Shown here: positions 1-12,432 of the stretch, one piece after another
Position numbering within the stretch: the stretch's first letter is position 1
How the letters are laid out: each line of letters begins with the position of its first letter
Assembly: GCF_006345805.1 (NCBI RefSeq)
Contig: NC_043002.1
Span: forward strand, 109,368,001-109,432,000
Source: Octopus sinensis
Taxonomy: Eukaryota
Length of the DNA stretch: 64,000 nucleotides
Direction: 5' to 3'
Made by a program: the position numbers and the translations under genes
Notes under the pieces: model-generated
Seen by the model: only the letters and a program-made list of their open reading frames with translations
What the model was told of the DNA's origin: nothing
The model's database searches: none

Positions 1-964
1 AGGAAACAAGATACCAACAGTATAATACATAAATTCATATACACACACACAAGACATACTAAAGACAATGAGAAAAGAAAAAATACAAGATCCAGATACA
101 AATAATGTAGTAATCATACGGATATCCACACAAAACATGCACCCAGATACAGATTCAAATTGTTGCACATATATGGATACATATGAGAGAAATATAAAAT
201 GGAATAAGCAGAACAAGAAGAGGCATGAAATAGAGAGTTACGGAAGAGGTCACAAGATGTGGGATGAAAGAGCTTTAAGAAAGAAACTAGAATAATGATA
301 AATCTGAAGAGAAAACCAAATATATAGAAGGTGTTTAATTGGCAAAATATGACCATCATTATGTATAACAATATTATAACATTTTGATGTAAAGCCCCTT
401 AGTTGTCATGAGGATATAGTGAGTATTCAGAAATGTGACTTGATTATATTATCATGGTTGACATGAATCTGGTGACATAGTAGTTTTGATTGTCTTGTAA
501 ATCTAGCTAAACTATCGCAAGTAGCTGGAGATGCAGACACAGGGACTGAACTTTCCACTAATTCCATACTGCCATTGTTCCTTCAAACCACCCTCTAACA
601 CTACCTAAATTCACCGTTGTAAGGATCTGCAACATTTAACCATATCATGACACCGGACAGCTATTCAGATGTGACATGAACTATTCCCTGCCACCCTCAC
701 TAGGTTCAACCTGAATCTTCTCTGTCTTCATTTCTCTACATCAACTCATCTCCTCTCATCACACATTGCTAACTGATTCGTAATCATTCAAATAATCTTT
801 ATATCTTTCTGATCCCCATACCCAATCCATAATCATCTTTGCACTTACTAAGTGAACTGATCCCTTTTCTATTGCAATAACCTGGACCTTTAAGTAGTTT
901 GAGTAAAGTGAATAACCACAGCTGCACCAGTTATATTAACTATCTTAGAAATCATGTTATATGT

Positions 965-1117
965 CGGAGTGGTTGGCGTTAGGAAGGGCACCCAGCTGTA
1001 GAATCTCTGCCAGATCAGATTGGAGCCTGGTGCAGCCATCTGGTTCACCAGTCCTCAGTCAAATTGTCCAACCCTTGCTAGCATGGAAAGCGGACGTTAA
1101 ACGATGATGATGATGAT
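965..1117 (+). mobile_element. RTE 3'-tail copy, representative of about 20 copies in the window
   Basis: GGAGTGGTTGGCGTTAGGAAGGGCA...GCATGGAAAGCGGACGTTAAAC(GAT)n. Other copies near 14450-14632, 15170-15380, 26610-26862, 27500-27790, 28778-29130, 30933-31310, 35763-36165, 41045-41320, 41955-42146, 42838-42990, 44080-44420, 46340-46750, 47455-47778, 50285-50640, 51335-51768, 52505-52922 and 63603-64000. Confidence 0.8.
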
Positions 1118-3059
1118 GTCCGTCCATATCCCACATGGCCATGAATGCTTTTCTGATAGCATCACTCCAGCCGTTCAGACACAAAACAGCATCAACAATG
1201 CTTGAACCAAACCACCCATACCTGCAAACTTGATAATCCTTATCCAGTTCTTAAACTCCAACTGATCTTTGTATACCAAAAGGATCACTATTGACCATGA
1301 AGAATCGTTGTTCCTTTCATCTGTGAAACATTGTAATTCTCAGAATAGTTCTGTAGTAAAGGCTCTGCAACCAACTCTATTGTATAAACCGTTTCTCTCC
1401 ATTTCACCATGCGCACACACAGCCCGAGTTCTGAAGTTTCTCAGTTTACTGCAAACTTACCAAGGGCATTAACTCTAACAAAGTCCCTTCAGTGACCTAT
1501 CGCTACTCTACTGAAATATTCCCTATACTCACCAAAATCTTTTCCTCTCAGCCTGTGTTTCTGGGTGTGTCCTAATTAATGTTTACATTCTTGTTGAATT
1601 TTACCTTCTAACCACTTTCTTAACCTTATATCAATTCGTACTCACTCTAACTACTCTTTTGTTTTCAAACGGCTCCCTACAGTCTTAAGAAGTCAGAAAA
1701 ATATCGCAGTTTTTCTACCAACGAATAGGTGTTTAAAATTTAAAAGCAACAACAAAACTCCAATAATATTAATCAACTGGTTTTAAAGACCGGATCCAGT
1801 TCCGTTGTACGTTTTCCATATTTCCCAAAGATTTTAATTTTATCTTAACACATAAAGTGCGCCGGGCCACGATCGTGGCCGTCAGACACAGGTCGATAGA
1901 TCACAATCGTGGCCCAGATAGATGCATTTAATTTATGGGCATTTGTTGAGGTCTAGCGTCACTCAAACGCGCCGATACCCCCCCCTCTCGCCAGAATGCA
2001 AGAGGACTAATGGTTCAACTAATGACTTTTCATATGATGTAAAACTTGCCACCATTATATACTAAGAAGATATTTTAACTATTTTGTATGTGTGCATGGT
2101 AGTCTCATTTTTATAAAATGTGCTCAGCAGTCCATGCTATGTAAGTGCAAGTCCCAGCACTTTATGATTTAATGGAAAGAAATTGTCTGTTGTATTCATT
2201 GAGATTCCATATTTTGATAAGAAAATTTCACGTGAAGGTAAATCTCTCGAAACTTAATTTTAGTCCTGAAAAGGTGGGTTGCAATACAACTACAGAATCT
2301 CTTATCAGAAAATGGAAGATTTTTCACACCGAAGTTGCATTTACCACCAAATATGATCGGTTGGACCCATACTCAACGCACGCCACGCATTTTTGGCATC
2401 AAATATAGTCAGATAAATAAACTATGATAATATTTAAAACCTTTATTCCTTTCAGTGTGATTATTCATGGCCTTACTCGTCGTTTAGTATGTAAACGTCT
2501 TATTTAATGTCCATTTCCCTGTTATCCTAAGCTAGCCAGTGACATTTTCCTCATAATTATAGTAAGTTGGTTAAAACGTCCTTATGCTCTATTGGGCTAG
2601 GCCTCGGAGTTCGCTTTAATGGTATGCCAATCTGTTCAAGCTACAATTAGAAATTTGTTTTCAAAGTCGCACGGAAGATCGACCGAGGCTATTTCAGGGA
2701 GCGACGACTTGTATTCGAGGATATGGCCTATACTCTTTACTCTTTTACTTGTTTCAGTCATTTGACTGCGGCCATGCTGGAGCACCGCCTTCAGTCGAGC
2801 AAATCGACCCCGGGACTTATTCTTTGTAAGCCCAGTACTTATTCTATCGGTCTCTTTTGCCGAACCGCTAAGTGGAATATATTGTACTACTATTTCCAAA
2901 ATACAAAACGTGCCTGATCCTAATGCTTTCCGACGAGAAATGACGTATCTGTATCAGCGCAATAACAACACAGTAAATATATCACGCTCATTGAAACCAG
3001 CAATTTCAAGTGAAAGTATTCCAGCAAATAAAAACGAAAGTAAATTACCCGATGTAGCC

Positions 3060-3106
3060 CACGTGACTTGAAGTGACCAATAGAATTCATATAAGACCGC
3101 CATCTT
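3060..3106 (+). promoter_or_regulatory. Putative ZNF-A core promoter: E-box, CCAAT box, YY1-like motif
   Basis: CACGTG at 3060-3065, CCAAT at 3077-3081, CCGCCATCTT at 3097-3106, about 90 nt before the donor at 3195. The same module occurs upstream of ZNF-B. Confidence 0.6.
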
Positions 3107-4196
3107 CGTCGTCATAGAGGGAGTTCTAATTATTTCGCAGCTGTTTTTTATGATTGATGCTAACGATGGTAGCTATTCAGAAGACATGTATTAAGGTAAG
3201 ATGACGATTATTTATCTATTGCTTTTATGCGTTTTAATATAATTGTTTCGCATCCTGGGTCGATATAAAAGGTTTTCGGTTAATGTTGACATTATTACTC
3301 GGAAACGAAATCGGAAAAAAAAAAAATAGTGTAACAGAGGGTGAGGAGAGGCCTTCGGAAAATCCTCACAAGATTCGAATTTCTGCCTTGTAACTTTGAG
3401 GAAAATATAATCCTTTTGAAATCACAAATTAGACTTTTCCTCAGGTCCCGAATTTTCCGAAGGCCTCCCCCACCCCCGTTATTTTCCGGGCATTTTTGCT
3501 TTCAGATTCAATTCCTACATCTTTTTTTTCCCGATTTTGTTTCCGGGTAGTGTCAGGCTTTATGTTAATTAAGGGCCTCTTAAATACCCGGCTTCGTGGA
3601 TAGGTGTGATGGTTCTGTGTCCAGGTTCACATATGCTGGTAAATATTCTTTTCTACTCTAGGCCCAAGGCCCGAAATTTTTGGGGGAGGGGCCAGTCGAT
3701 TAGATCTTAATTTATCGACTCCGAAAGGATGAAAGTCAAAGTCAACTTGCCACTATTATGTACTAAGAAGCTATTACATTTATTTTTTATGTGTGCATGG
3801 TAATCTCATTTTCATGAAATGTGGTCAGCAGTCCATGCTTTGTAAGAGCAAATCCCAGTGCTTTATGTGTTAAATAATAATGATGAAGACTTAGGGAATA
3901 TTCTATTAATCCTGAACAGAGGTAATGTAGATAAAAGTTGTGACTTACTGATCTATTGATTATGCGATATTGATGAGAATGGTCAATTATATACAACATA
4001 AATAGCTACTCATTTCACAACTTTTTGGTCATTAGTATCTAATATACATTTTATTTTTCTTTCAGGACATATTTCCATTTGAAAGAAGATTTTCTGCAGA
4101 GGATACTGAGAGTCTGCTGTGTTAGGGTAGAAAGATTTATCAACCAATTTATGTCTTCAGAATGAAAGAATAAGACTGTAAAATTTAACGAAGACA

Positions 4197-5216
4197 ATGT
4201 TTCAGAAAGTGAGCAAGCATTACAAATGTGATATTTGTGGCAAACTACTTAGTACAAAATCTAATTTAGCTATTCATAGGCGCACTCATACTGGGGAAAA
4301 GCCATACCACTGTGAAGTATGTGAGAAAACATTCACTCAAAAAGCAAATTTAATAGAACACAAACGTACACATACAGGAGAGAAACCATTTCACTGTGAA
4401 ATATGTGGAAAATCATTTTCTACTAAATGTTATATAAAGATACACAAACGTACTCACACAGGAGAGAAACCATTTCATTGTGAAATCTGTGGCAAAACAT
4501 TTTCAGGGCGTAGTAGTGCAACAAGTCATCGGCTTATTCACACTGGAGAAAAACGATACGATTGTGAAATCTGTGGCAAATCATTTTCTAAGGTTAATAA
4601 TTTAACAAGACATACACGTACTCACACTGGGGAGAAGCCATACAAGTGTGATGATTGTGGGAAAGCATTTTCTGATGTGAGTGCCTGTGAAACACATAGA
4701 GGTGTGCATTCAAAACCTTACCACTGTGAAATCTGTGGTAAAACATTTTCTGTCAAAGAATCTTTAACAGTCCACAAACGAGTTCACACTGGAGAGAAGC
4801 CATATCATTGTGACATATGTGGGAAAGGGTTTACAAACAGTGGTACCTTAATAAGGCATAAACGTACTCACACAGGGGAAAAACGACACCACTGTGAAAT
4901 CTGTGGGAAAGTATTTCCTGAAAAATATGTCTTAACATTACACAAACGTATTCACACAGGAGAGAAACCATATCACTGTGAAGTTTGTGGAAAAGACTTT
5001 TTTGATAGCTGCAGCTTAAAGAAACACATTCGTATTCATACTGGGGAAAAAGCATATCACTGTGAAATTTGTGGTGAAGCATTTTCTGAAAATGGTACTT
5101 TAAAAAGACACAGACGTATTCACACAGGAGAGAAACCATATCACTGTTTAATATGTGGAAAAGAATTTTCACTTAAGACCAGCTTAACAAGACATACATG
5201 TGTTCATACTGGATAA
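4197..5216 (+). CDS. C2H2 zinc-finger protein (ZNF-A), 339 aa, 12 tandem fingers, no recognisable effector domain
   Basis: ORF of CxxC-x12-HxxxH repeats with TGEKP linkers. Splice acceptor tttttctttcAG at 4064-4065 precedes it. Likely non-coding first exon ends at donor AAG|GTAAG (3195/3196). Confidence 0.93.
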   Translation: MFQKVSKHYKCDICGKLLSTKSNLAIHRRTHTGEKPYHCEVCEKTFTQKANLIEHKRTHTGEKPFHCEICGKSFSTKCYIKIHKRTHTGEKPFHCEICGKTFSGRSSATSHRLIHTGEKRYDCEICGKSFSKVNNLTRHTRTHTGEKPYKCDDCGKAFSDVSACETHRGVHSKPYHCEICGKTFSVKESLTVHKRVHTGEKPYHCDICGKGFTNSGTLIRHKRTHTGEKRHHCEICGKVFPEKYVLTLHKRIHTGEKPYHCEVCGKDFFDSCSLKKHIRIHTGEKAYHCEICGEAFSENGTLKRHRRIHTGEKPYHCLICGKEFSLKTSLTRHTCVHTG

Positions 5217-5500
5217 AAGCCACACTAATGTGAAAAGTGTCGGAAAGCATTTTCTGAAAAATCTGTCCTATAAACACACTCATAATGGAGAAAAACCATA
5301 TCAGTGTGAAGTTTGTGGCAAGGAATTTTCCAGTAGTGGCAGCTTAAATGGACATATATGTACACACACTGGAAAGAAAGCACACCACTGTGAAGTCTCT
5401 AACTTGAGGTGTTTAATAAGGCACAATCGTACTCAATCTTACCACTGACTTTTGTAGGATAGTATAGTATAAAACCATATTGTTGTGATATTTGTATTAA
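5217..5500 (+). pseudogene. Decayed zinc-finger repeats downstream of the ZNF-A stop
   Basis: The stop falls inside a linker (TG*KP). It is followed by finger-like sequence with stops and frameshifts, including GEKPYQCEVCGKEFSSSGSLNGHICTH. Confidence 0.8.
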
Positions 5501-7257
5501 AGAATTTATGTATATGAATGTTATTAAAGTGCTATAAATGTTTATAATATGTGTAGTCTATTCTTGGAAATTGTAGTAAATTTTCATTTTTAATGTTACT
5601 TGTTAGGTCACATGTATCATATGATATGGTTAGAGTGAGAAAATTGTTGTTACTACTACTGGTAGCAATGCAACAGAATTAGGGAGACAATACTAACCAT
5701 TGCATGCAGTTACCTGGCTGCTGTCGAAGAGATAGGGTCTAAGTTTAGAAAGGAGCTAGGGCGAAGTACTAATCCATCATAGAGAATGATGCAAATTGGG
5801 ATGTGCCCACTATACACAAGTAATCCTGGAATAGCATGGAAAGGACAAAGAAGATATGGCCAACTAGCTCGTGGTATGATAACAAGAAATACCAGAGTAT
5901 TATGTCGATGCTACCCCTGTAGGTCAACTAGCATATATTTTTGGGGAAACCTTAGATAAGGTGAATCTATGGATGAAAGTAGTAGAAAGGCTAGGGACCT
6001 CCATAAAATACCAGATCTATAGAACATATCAATTTGAATGAACTACCTGCAGGGAGAGCAACTGTATAGTGTTTAGGATGAATCCACAGATAAACTGAAG
6101 TGAGGAATGTAGCTTATAGTGTCAGGTATAGTGAGGTATGGAAGAGAAACAGGACAACAACATACACTGCTGGAAGCTGAAGGAAAATAGAAACTCACGA
6201 GTGCTCAATTAGGACATGGTGGCTAGGTTAATAACATAGATGTTAGAACATTATCTCATAGACCAGACATGACACTCAGACAAATTGTGGTGGACACATA
6301 CAGTAGTGGATGGACTGAGCCTCAACAGGAAACATGAATGGAATAACATTGCCCCCACTCCAGCACACTGTGCATCGTGATGACTAAACAGAAGGATAAA
6401 AAAATACACATAAATTCACATACATGACATACTAAAGACAATGCAAAAATGAGAAAAAAATAAAAGACCCATGTACAAACAATGAAGTGAGCAAACACAT
6501 ATGCACACAAAACACACTCAGATACAGATGCAAGTTCTTGTGCAGATAAGGAGACATACCAGAGAAAGACAAAATGGAATAATGCTCCAATACCAGAAAT
6601 GGCAAAGTAGAGACAGGAATAAATCTTTGTGAGGATATTTGGTAGAAAGAATCTGGAAGAAGTCCATTGTATATGTGTGTGTGTGTGTGTGTGTGTATAC
6701 CCTTGTGTTGACATCAGATGATGGTTATAAATAAGCATTACAAGGTATGAGACTGTAATTTTAGGCTCTTCATAGACACTAAACGTGAACCACTTAAAAT
6801 GTGTGAAGGTGGTGGCAAAAGGAGTAATGGTACTCGTTTTTGGTTGAGTAGAATTGCCTCTAGTCTGAGAAACATCCATGATGGTAATATACAATATACT
6901 CTGACTACGAGTGAAAGAATTCCAAGTAGGAGTACTCAGTCTACATGAGAGTATAAACTCCGTATATTTCATGGCTATGTAAGGATGCTAGTGTTACAAT
7001 AAAGTGTGAAATCATTGCTATGTATATTAATGTATGTTGTTAATATATCAGATATGTTAATATTGGTATATGCTTTCCACATGTTTTATGTTCCAGGGTG
7101 TGTTTAAGCTGGCTATCATTTAGTTCCATAGGCAGCTTTGATATGTTCCTTGAGTGAGACATGTGAATGTCATGGATCACACTTAAACCTGAGGTTATTT
7201 TGATAAAACTATGGCTCAACACAAGTCCATTTATAATGGTGACTGGATTTCTCTCTC

Positions 7258-7545
7258 CATAAGCGTGTTCACACTGGGGAGAGACCTTATAACTGTGAGG
7301 TCTGTGGGGGAAATTTTTCACTTCAGAGCAGCTTAAGAATACACAAACGTACTCACACTGGAGACAAACCATACAAGTGTGAAGTTTGTGGTGTAATGTT
7401 TTCTCAAAAAGGTGTTTTAACGAGACACGAACGGATTCACTCTGGAGACAAACCGTACGACTGTGAAGCCTGCGGGGAATCGTTTACTCGTAGTGGTTAT
7501 TTATCCAGGCATAAACGTAAGGTTCATGATGGAGAGAAAGCTTGA
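7258..7545 (+). pseudogene. Detached 3' end of a C2H2 gene: 3 intact fingers, no upstream start codon
   Basis: Manual translation: HKRVHTGERPYNCEVCGGNFSLQSSLRIHKRTHTGDKPYKCEVCGVMFSQKGVLTRHERIHSGDKPYDCEACGESFTRSGYLSRHKRKVHDGEKA*. In-frame stop at 7240-7242 upstream. C-terminus matches ZNF-B (GYLSKHKRKIHDGEKT*). Confidence 0.8.
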
Positions 7546-7585
7546 TGCTGAGATTTGTAAGAAAGCATTTTCTAATAATTACCAA

Positions 7586-8074
7586 CTAGCAATATTGCCC
7601 GGCGTTGCTCGGGTTTGTAAGGGAAATAACTATATAAGCATTTTTAGAGAGTTATAGCCAAAAAATAGCAAAAAAATGGAAAAAAAGTGATGGTAAATTT
7701 TTTTTAAAATCGTTGACTCATCGTAGACATTTTTAGAGAGTTACTTCCCTTATGTAATAACGAAAAAATGCATTAAAATGGAAAAAATTATGGTAAATTT
7801 AAAAAAAAATCGTTGACTCATCGTAGACATTTTTAGAGAGTCACTTCCCTTATGTAATAGCAAAAAAATGCATTAAAATGGAAAAAATGATGGTAAATTT
7901 TTTTTTAAATCGTAGACTCATCGTAGACGCGCGCTAATACCCAGAAGGGCTTGATATGAATCACGACTATAAGATACCCGGTTTTGGTTAAACTGCACCG
8001 CAAAATGTGGGAGTAGTTAGGAATCTAAATCGTAGGAGGGAGACAGCACACAACTTCACTTTTATATATAAAGA
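7586..8074 (-). mobile_element. Non-autonomous Helitron
   Basis: 5' TC...3' CTAG, subterminal hairpin CCCGAGCAACGCCGGG, inserted at A|T with no TSD; carries an extra internal ~100-bp repeat unit. Confidence 0.85.
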
Positions 8075-8331
8075 TTTGTAGTAACCCGTGGGAATATTAC
8101 AGTTATTTTGAAAATTATAAGATGAACTAGTATATTTTTTCTGAATCATTGTAGCTTTGAGATGATGTAAAAGTTCATATATAAGTAGTATTAAGAAATA
8201 GCATCTTCTTTGTGACTTGTCTGTTGTCTTTTACTTTATGTTAAGAAGTAAACAACATGGAACAAAATGAAAGACATTATCTATAATATTATTATTTCAG
8301 TATGTTGGTTAAAGTTTTAACAAATACGGTT

Positions 8332-8710
8332 ACTCTTTACTCTTTTACTTGTTTCAGTCATTTGACTGCGGCCATGCTGGAGCACCGCCTTTAGTCGAGC
8401 AAATCGACCCCGGGACTTATTCTTTGTAAGCCCAGTACTTATTCTATCAGTCTCTTTTGCCGAACCGCTAAGTAACGGGGACATAAACACACCAGCATCG
8501 GTTGTCAAGCAATGCTAGGGGGGCAAACACACACACATACATATATACGACAGGCTTCTTTCAGTTTCCGTCTACCAAATCCACTCACAAGGCATTGGTC
8601 GGCCCGGGGCTATAGCAGAAGACACTTGCCCAAGATGCCACGCAGTAGGACTGAACCCGGAACCATGTGGTTGGTTAGCAAGCTACTTACCACAGAGCCA
8701 CTCCTGCGCC
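8332..8710 (-). mobile_element. SINE family 1, full-length copy
   Basis: Near-identical reverse complement of 23005-23390. Confidence 0.85.
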
Positions 8711-9510
8711 AAACGGTTGTTTGAAAAAAAATCTATGAACACACTTTACCTTTCTCTTGTTAAGTTTTACATCGTTTGTTGTCGGACATGTTTGTAAGTT
8801 TTCACTGAGCAGACGACAGTTAATTCACTAACGCGCATGCGTTAAATACTGTGTGTTCCCTTCAGTGAACACCTTCCCTGTCTCTTTTTTCTCTCTTCTT
8901 TTACTTCTTTCAATTGTACATCTCCCCTGCATTAAATGTACTCTTTCCCCTCTCCTTTCCTCCTCCAACTATTTAACCATATACCTATTTCTTTATTACC
9001 CACAAGGGGCTAAACATAGAGGGGACAAACAAGGACAGACAGGCATTAAGTCGATTACATCGACCCCAATACGTAACTGGTACTTAATTTATCGACCCCC
9101 GAAAGGATGAAAGGCAATGTCAAAATGAAAATAGCAATCCTTTACTCTAAGCTCTCATTGCTCTCCACCTTTCGCTCTCTCCTTTTCTCTCTTCACTAGA
9201 TTTTTTTATTGTCCATTAAGGACGTACAAAGAGACGAATGATACATTAAAGCGCAATTTGGGGTCGATAAAAATTTAACATGATTTTATATAAACGAATG
9301 AACAGACAATACAATGGACGTTTTTAAAAACAAATGGAGTGGGGCGGGTTTACGGACCCCACGAACCCCGCCTCTTCACTGACCTCAGTTTTTTTTAGCT
9401 TATATCGCATCCACAAGAGACCTTTTATACACGACATTCTTCCATCTTTCATCAAATACTTTCTTACTCAGGCACCTCCTCTCCAGCCCTATTTGTCTCT
9501 TTAGGTAAAA

Positions 9511-9885
9511 CTAGCAGTATCGCCCGGCGTTGCTCGGGTTTGTAAGGGAAATAACTATATAAGCATTTTTAGAGAGTTATAGCCAAAAAATAGCAAAAAA
9601 ATGGAAAACTAATGATGGTAAATTTTTTTAAAAATCGTTGACTCATCGTAGACATTTTTAGAGAGTTACTTCCCTTATATAATAGCGAAAAATGCATTAA
9701 AATGGAAAAAAATGATGGTAAATTATTTTTAAAATCGTAGACGCGCGCTAATACCCAAAAGGGCTCGATATGAATCACGACTATAAGATACCTGGTTTTG
9801 GTTAAACTGCACCGCAAAATGTGGGAGTAGTTAGGAATCTAAATCATAGGAGACAGACACACAACCTTACTTTTATATATAAAGA
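9511..9885 (-). mobile_element. Non-autonomous Helitron (same family)
   Basis: Same termini and hairpin; A|T target. Confidence 0.85.
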
Positions 9886-10436
9886 TATAAAAAATCCCAC
9901 CAAACCAGGACCAGAGATGAAGTTGCCTGACATCAACCCTCTCATCCTTGTCTTCCACACTACCTGTTTCGCAGTTCCACAGAGAGAAAACAATTCTTAC
10001 CTTCTTTCGTTAAGAAATCTCTCTTCACTAACCACATTTTCCTGTAGCGTATTAATATATAAATTATTATTAGCTACCCATAACTTAATTCCTAGAAGAT
10101 GAAAAATATACAACTTTAATATTTGTGATAAATTATTTTGTTTGTCTTCACATTTGAGTTCAATTTTCGCCAAGGTTGACTTTGTCTTTCATCCTTTCAG
10201 GGTCGATAAAATAGCAATGTAATTGATTTACTCCCACCCCAAGATTTGAAATCAATATTTGTGATAAATTGTTTTCCAGTGTGTGGGTGTTTAAAAACAT
10301 AAATGCTTTCAGAATGTGTAAAAAGCCAGTGATACTTTATTTTATCTAATATAGTTTTTACAAAAGAAAAACAAAGAAAATAAAAAAAAGGAGAGAAAAA
10401 GAAAGCATCGATGCTGCACCAAATGCACACCACAAG

Positions 10437-10650
10437 GTGGAGGCTCATGGCTTAGTGGTTAAGGTGTTGAACTCATGATCGTAAGGTTGTGGTTTCAATT
10501 CCTGGATCGGGCGATGCGTTGTGTTCTTGACCAAAACACTTCATTTCACCTTGCTCCAGTCCACTCAGCTGGCAAAAATGAGTAATCCTGCGACGGACCG
10601 GTGTCCCGTCTGAAACTGGGAAACCGGCCCTTATGAGCCTGGCATGGTTC
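10437..10650 (+). mobile_element. tRNA-derived SINE family 4
   Basis: tRNA-like head plus TGTGTTCTTGA.CAA.ACACTTCATTTCAC.TTGCTCCAGTCCACTCAGCTG domain; related copies at 40025-40247(-) and 23465-23810(+). Confidence 0.7.
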
Positions 10651-10790
10651 GAGAAGGAGAAGGAACACCACAAGATTCAATGGAACCTACTGAAACAAGC
10701 CAACACACTCGCAATATTACCACGGGCTAAGGCACTGGAAAAGCCGAGTGCCCTGACACCTCAGTAAGGCAAGCAGCCAACGATGTACAA

Positions 10791-11241
10791 CAAGGGTCAC
10801 CAAACTTTTCACAGCAGGCCAGATAACTGAATGACGACTGCGGGCCACATAACCATTTTGTTCAATACAATACAATGGATTCACAAAAAGACAATCAGCA
10901 TATTTATTTACTAAAAAGTTATCAAAGAAGGCCATGTTAGTAACACTCAGTGCGCACATATCTGAATCTCACAAACTAAGCACCAAAAACGGTTAGTGAG
11001 ATTTATGAAACTGGTGTTTAGCTTTTTAAGATATCATCAATATTTGCTTTGGAATTACTGCAACCAACAAAGAGAATTGCTTTCAAATGTTCATCAGTCA
11101 ATCTTGTTCGATGTGCTGACTTCACATACTTCATTTTTGATAATGTTTGCTCACAGACATAAATTGTTCCAAATACTGATGCCATACCAGAGGCGCATGA
11201 ACTCTCATTGCAGGTACTTACACAAATGGTACAGTGCAGCA
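10791..11241 (-). mobile_element. hAT (Charlie/SPIN-like) transposon 3' remnant
   Basis: FGTIYVCEQTLSKMKYVKSAHRTRLTDEHLKAIL is the hAT dimerisation-domain motif; terminus CAAGGGTCACCAAACTTTT at 10791. Confidence 0.75.
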
Positions 11242-11252
11242 GTGGGCCAGAT

Positions 11253-11610
11253 ACTTGACTTGACTTGAGACAGCATTCACCTGGGTTGGGTTGAGCTGGC
11301 TTCATTCATCCTCAATGCTGCATCTCTCACAAACGCCGACCAGGCCTGGCGATTTGAGGCTAACGACCTCGTGATCTCCAACCACTCCCTATTCCAGCGA
11401 ATAATGCCGTAGATATGGGGGTTCCAGATCAGCCTTGACTGTCATCAGCCAGGTTTTTCGTTGTCCACCACATCGCTTTCGCCAACCCTGAAGGGGAGCT
11501 GGAGCAATTGCTTCATAGATGAATTCTCCTGGTTGACGACGGAGGGCATGACCCAGCCAACGCAGACGTCTCGTTAGGATGACTTGTCGGAGAGAGGTGA
11601 TTTGGCACTG
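11253..11610 (-). mobile_element. 5'-truncated RTE-type LINE (second family) with (CAAGT)n tail and 11-bp TSD
   Basis: ILTRRLRWLGHALRRQPG...GWRKRCGGQRKTW; TSD GTGGGCCAGAT at 11242-11252 and 11611-11621. Confidence 0.85.
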
Positions 11611-11816
11611 GTGGGCCAGATGAACTGACTTGACAGGCTGTAGTTTGGTAAACTCTGATGTACAAAAACTTTGCAGTCAGTGTGGTCCAGTCCCTTCAAA
11701 TGTCTCATATGCCACATAAATAATTAATTGATATTTACGTAACAATGTGACACAAAACTTTTTATACTACAACTGCTATTTTGGTTTGAACACAACAGTT
11801 TTTTTAGCTCTCACTG

Positions 11817-12432
11817 TGGTGGAGTTTCGGATCAGGATACCCACTTAAGTTCAATTTTCTTCATTTTGACAGGGATTTTTCCATTTCCTCCCCAACTATG
11901 CTCATGGGAACAATGGGGAGGAGCTCTTTGTGAAAATAAAATTCTTGAAAATCACACACCTTGTTTTGTAAGAATGTTTTCAAATCATTTTTCCTTTTCA
12001 TTTTCTAACAGAAAAGGCTTCTCCCATGGTTTTTGTGTGCATAGTGCAAAGAAAAAAGAAATGGCCAAAATCAGTCTGGAGGGTCATGGCGAAGTGGGGA
12101 GGTAGAAAAAAAAATCATAAATAAAAAAATTTTTTTAATAAAATGCTGCTCCCATCATTTCCAAGGGTGTAGTGAAAACAAAATTGAATAAGTCCCTGTC
12201 AAAATGGAGAAAATCCAGCTTATGTGGGTGCAGGGCTGTAGAGTCAGAGTTGGAAACTATTAAGGGGTAGCTGGAGTCAGTAAAACTATTCCGACTCACA
12301 ATATTTTTATTCTTCAATATAAACCAGTTATAACACATAGGACTACTCAGAGTACATAAAGAGGAGTCGGAGTCGGAGTTTTTTGTTTCAACTCCATGGC
12401 CCTGTGTGGGTGCCGTGACCCTGAACCCCACC
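11817..12432. mobile_element. Old MITE with ~60-bp diverged TIRs; right TIR interrupted by a hAT MITE
   Basis: Left ...ACCCACTTAAGTTCAATTTTCTTCATTTTGACAGGGA vs right reverse complement ...ACCCACATAAGCTGGATTTTCTCCATTTTGACAGGGA. Confidence 0.55.
12231..12404. mobile_element. hAT-type MITE with GGAGTC subterminal repeats
   Basis: Ends CAGGGC...GCCCTG; exact 8-bp TSD TGTGGGTG at 12223-12230 and 12405-12412. Confidence 0.8.

Noticed and set aside
1864-1915. 14-bp inverted repeat GGGCCACGATCGTG / CACAATCGTGGCCC
   Set aside because: Single short occurrence with no clear TSD; probably a transposon scar, but it cannot be supported further.
6322-6972. 216-aa minus-strand ORF with hydrophobic stretches
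   Set aside because: Spans a (CA)n microsatellite and a repeat-like region; no recognisable domain or splice support.
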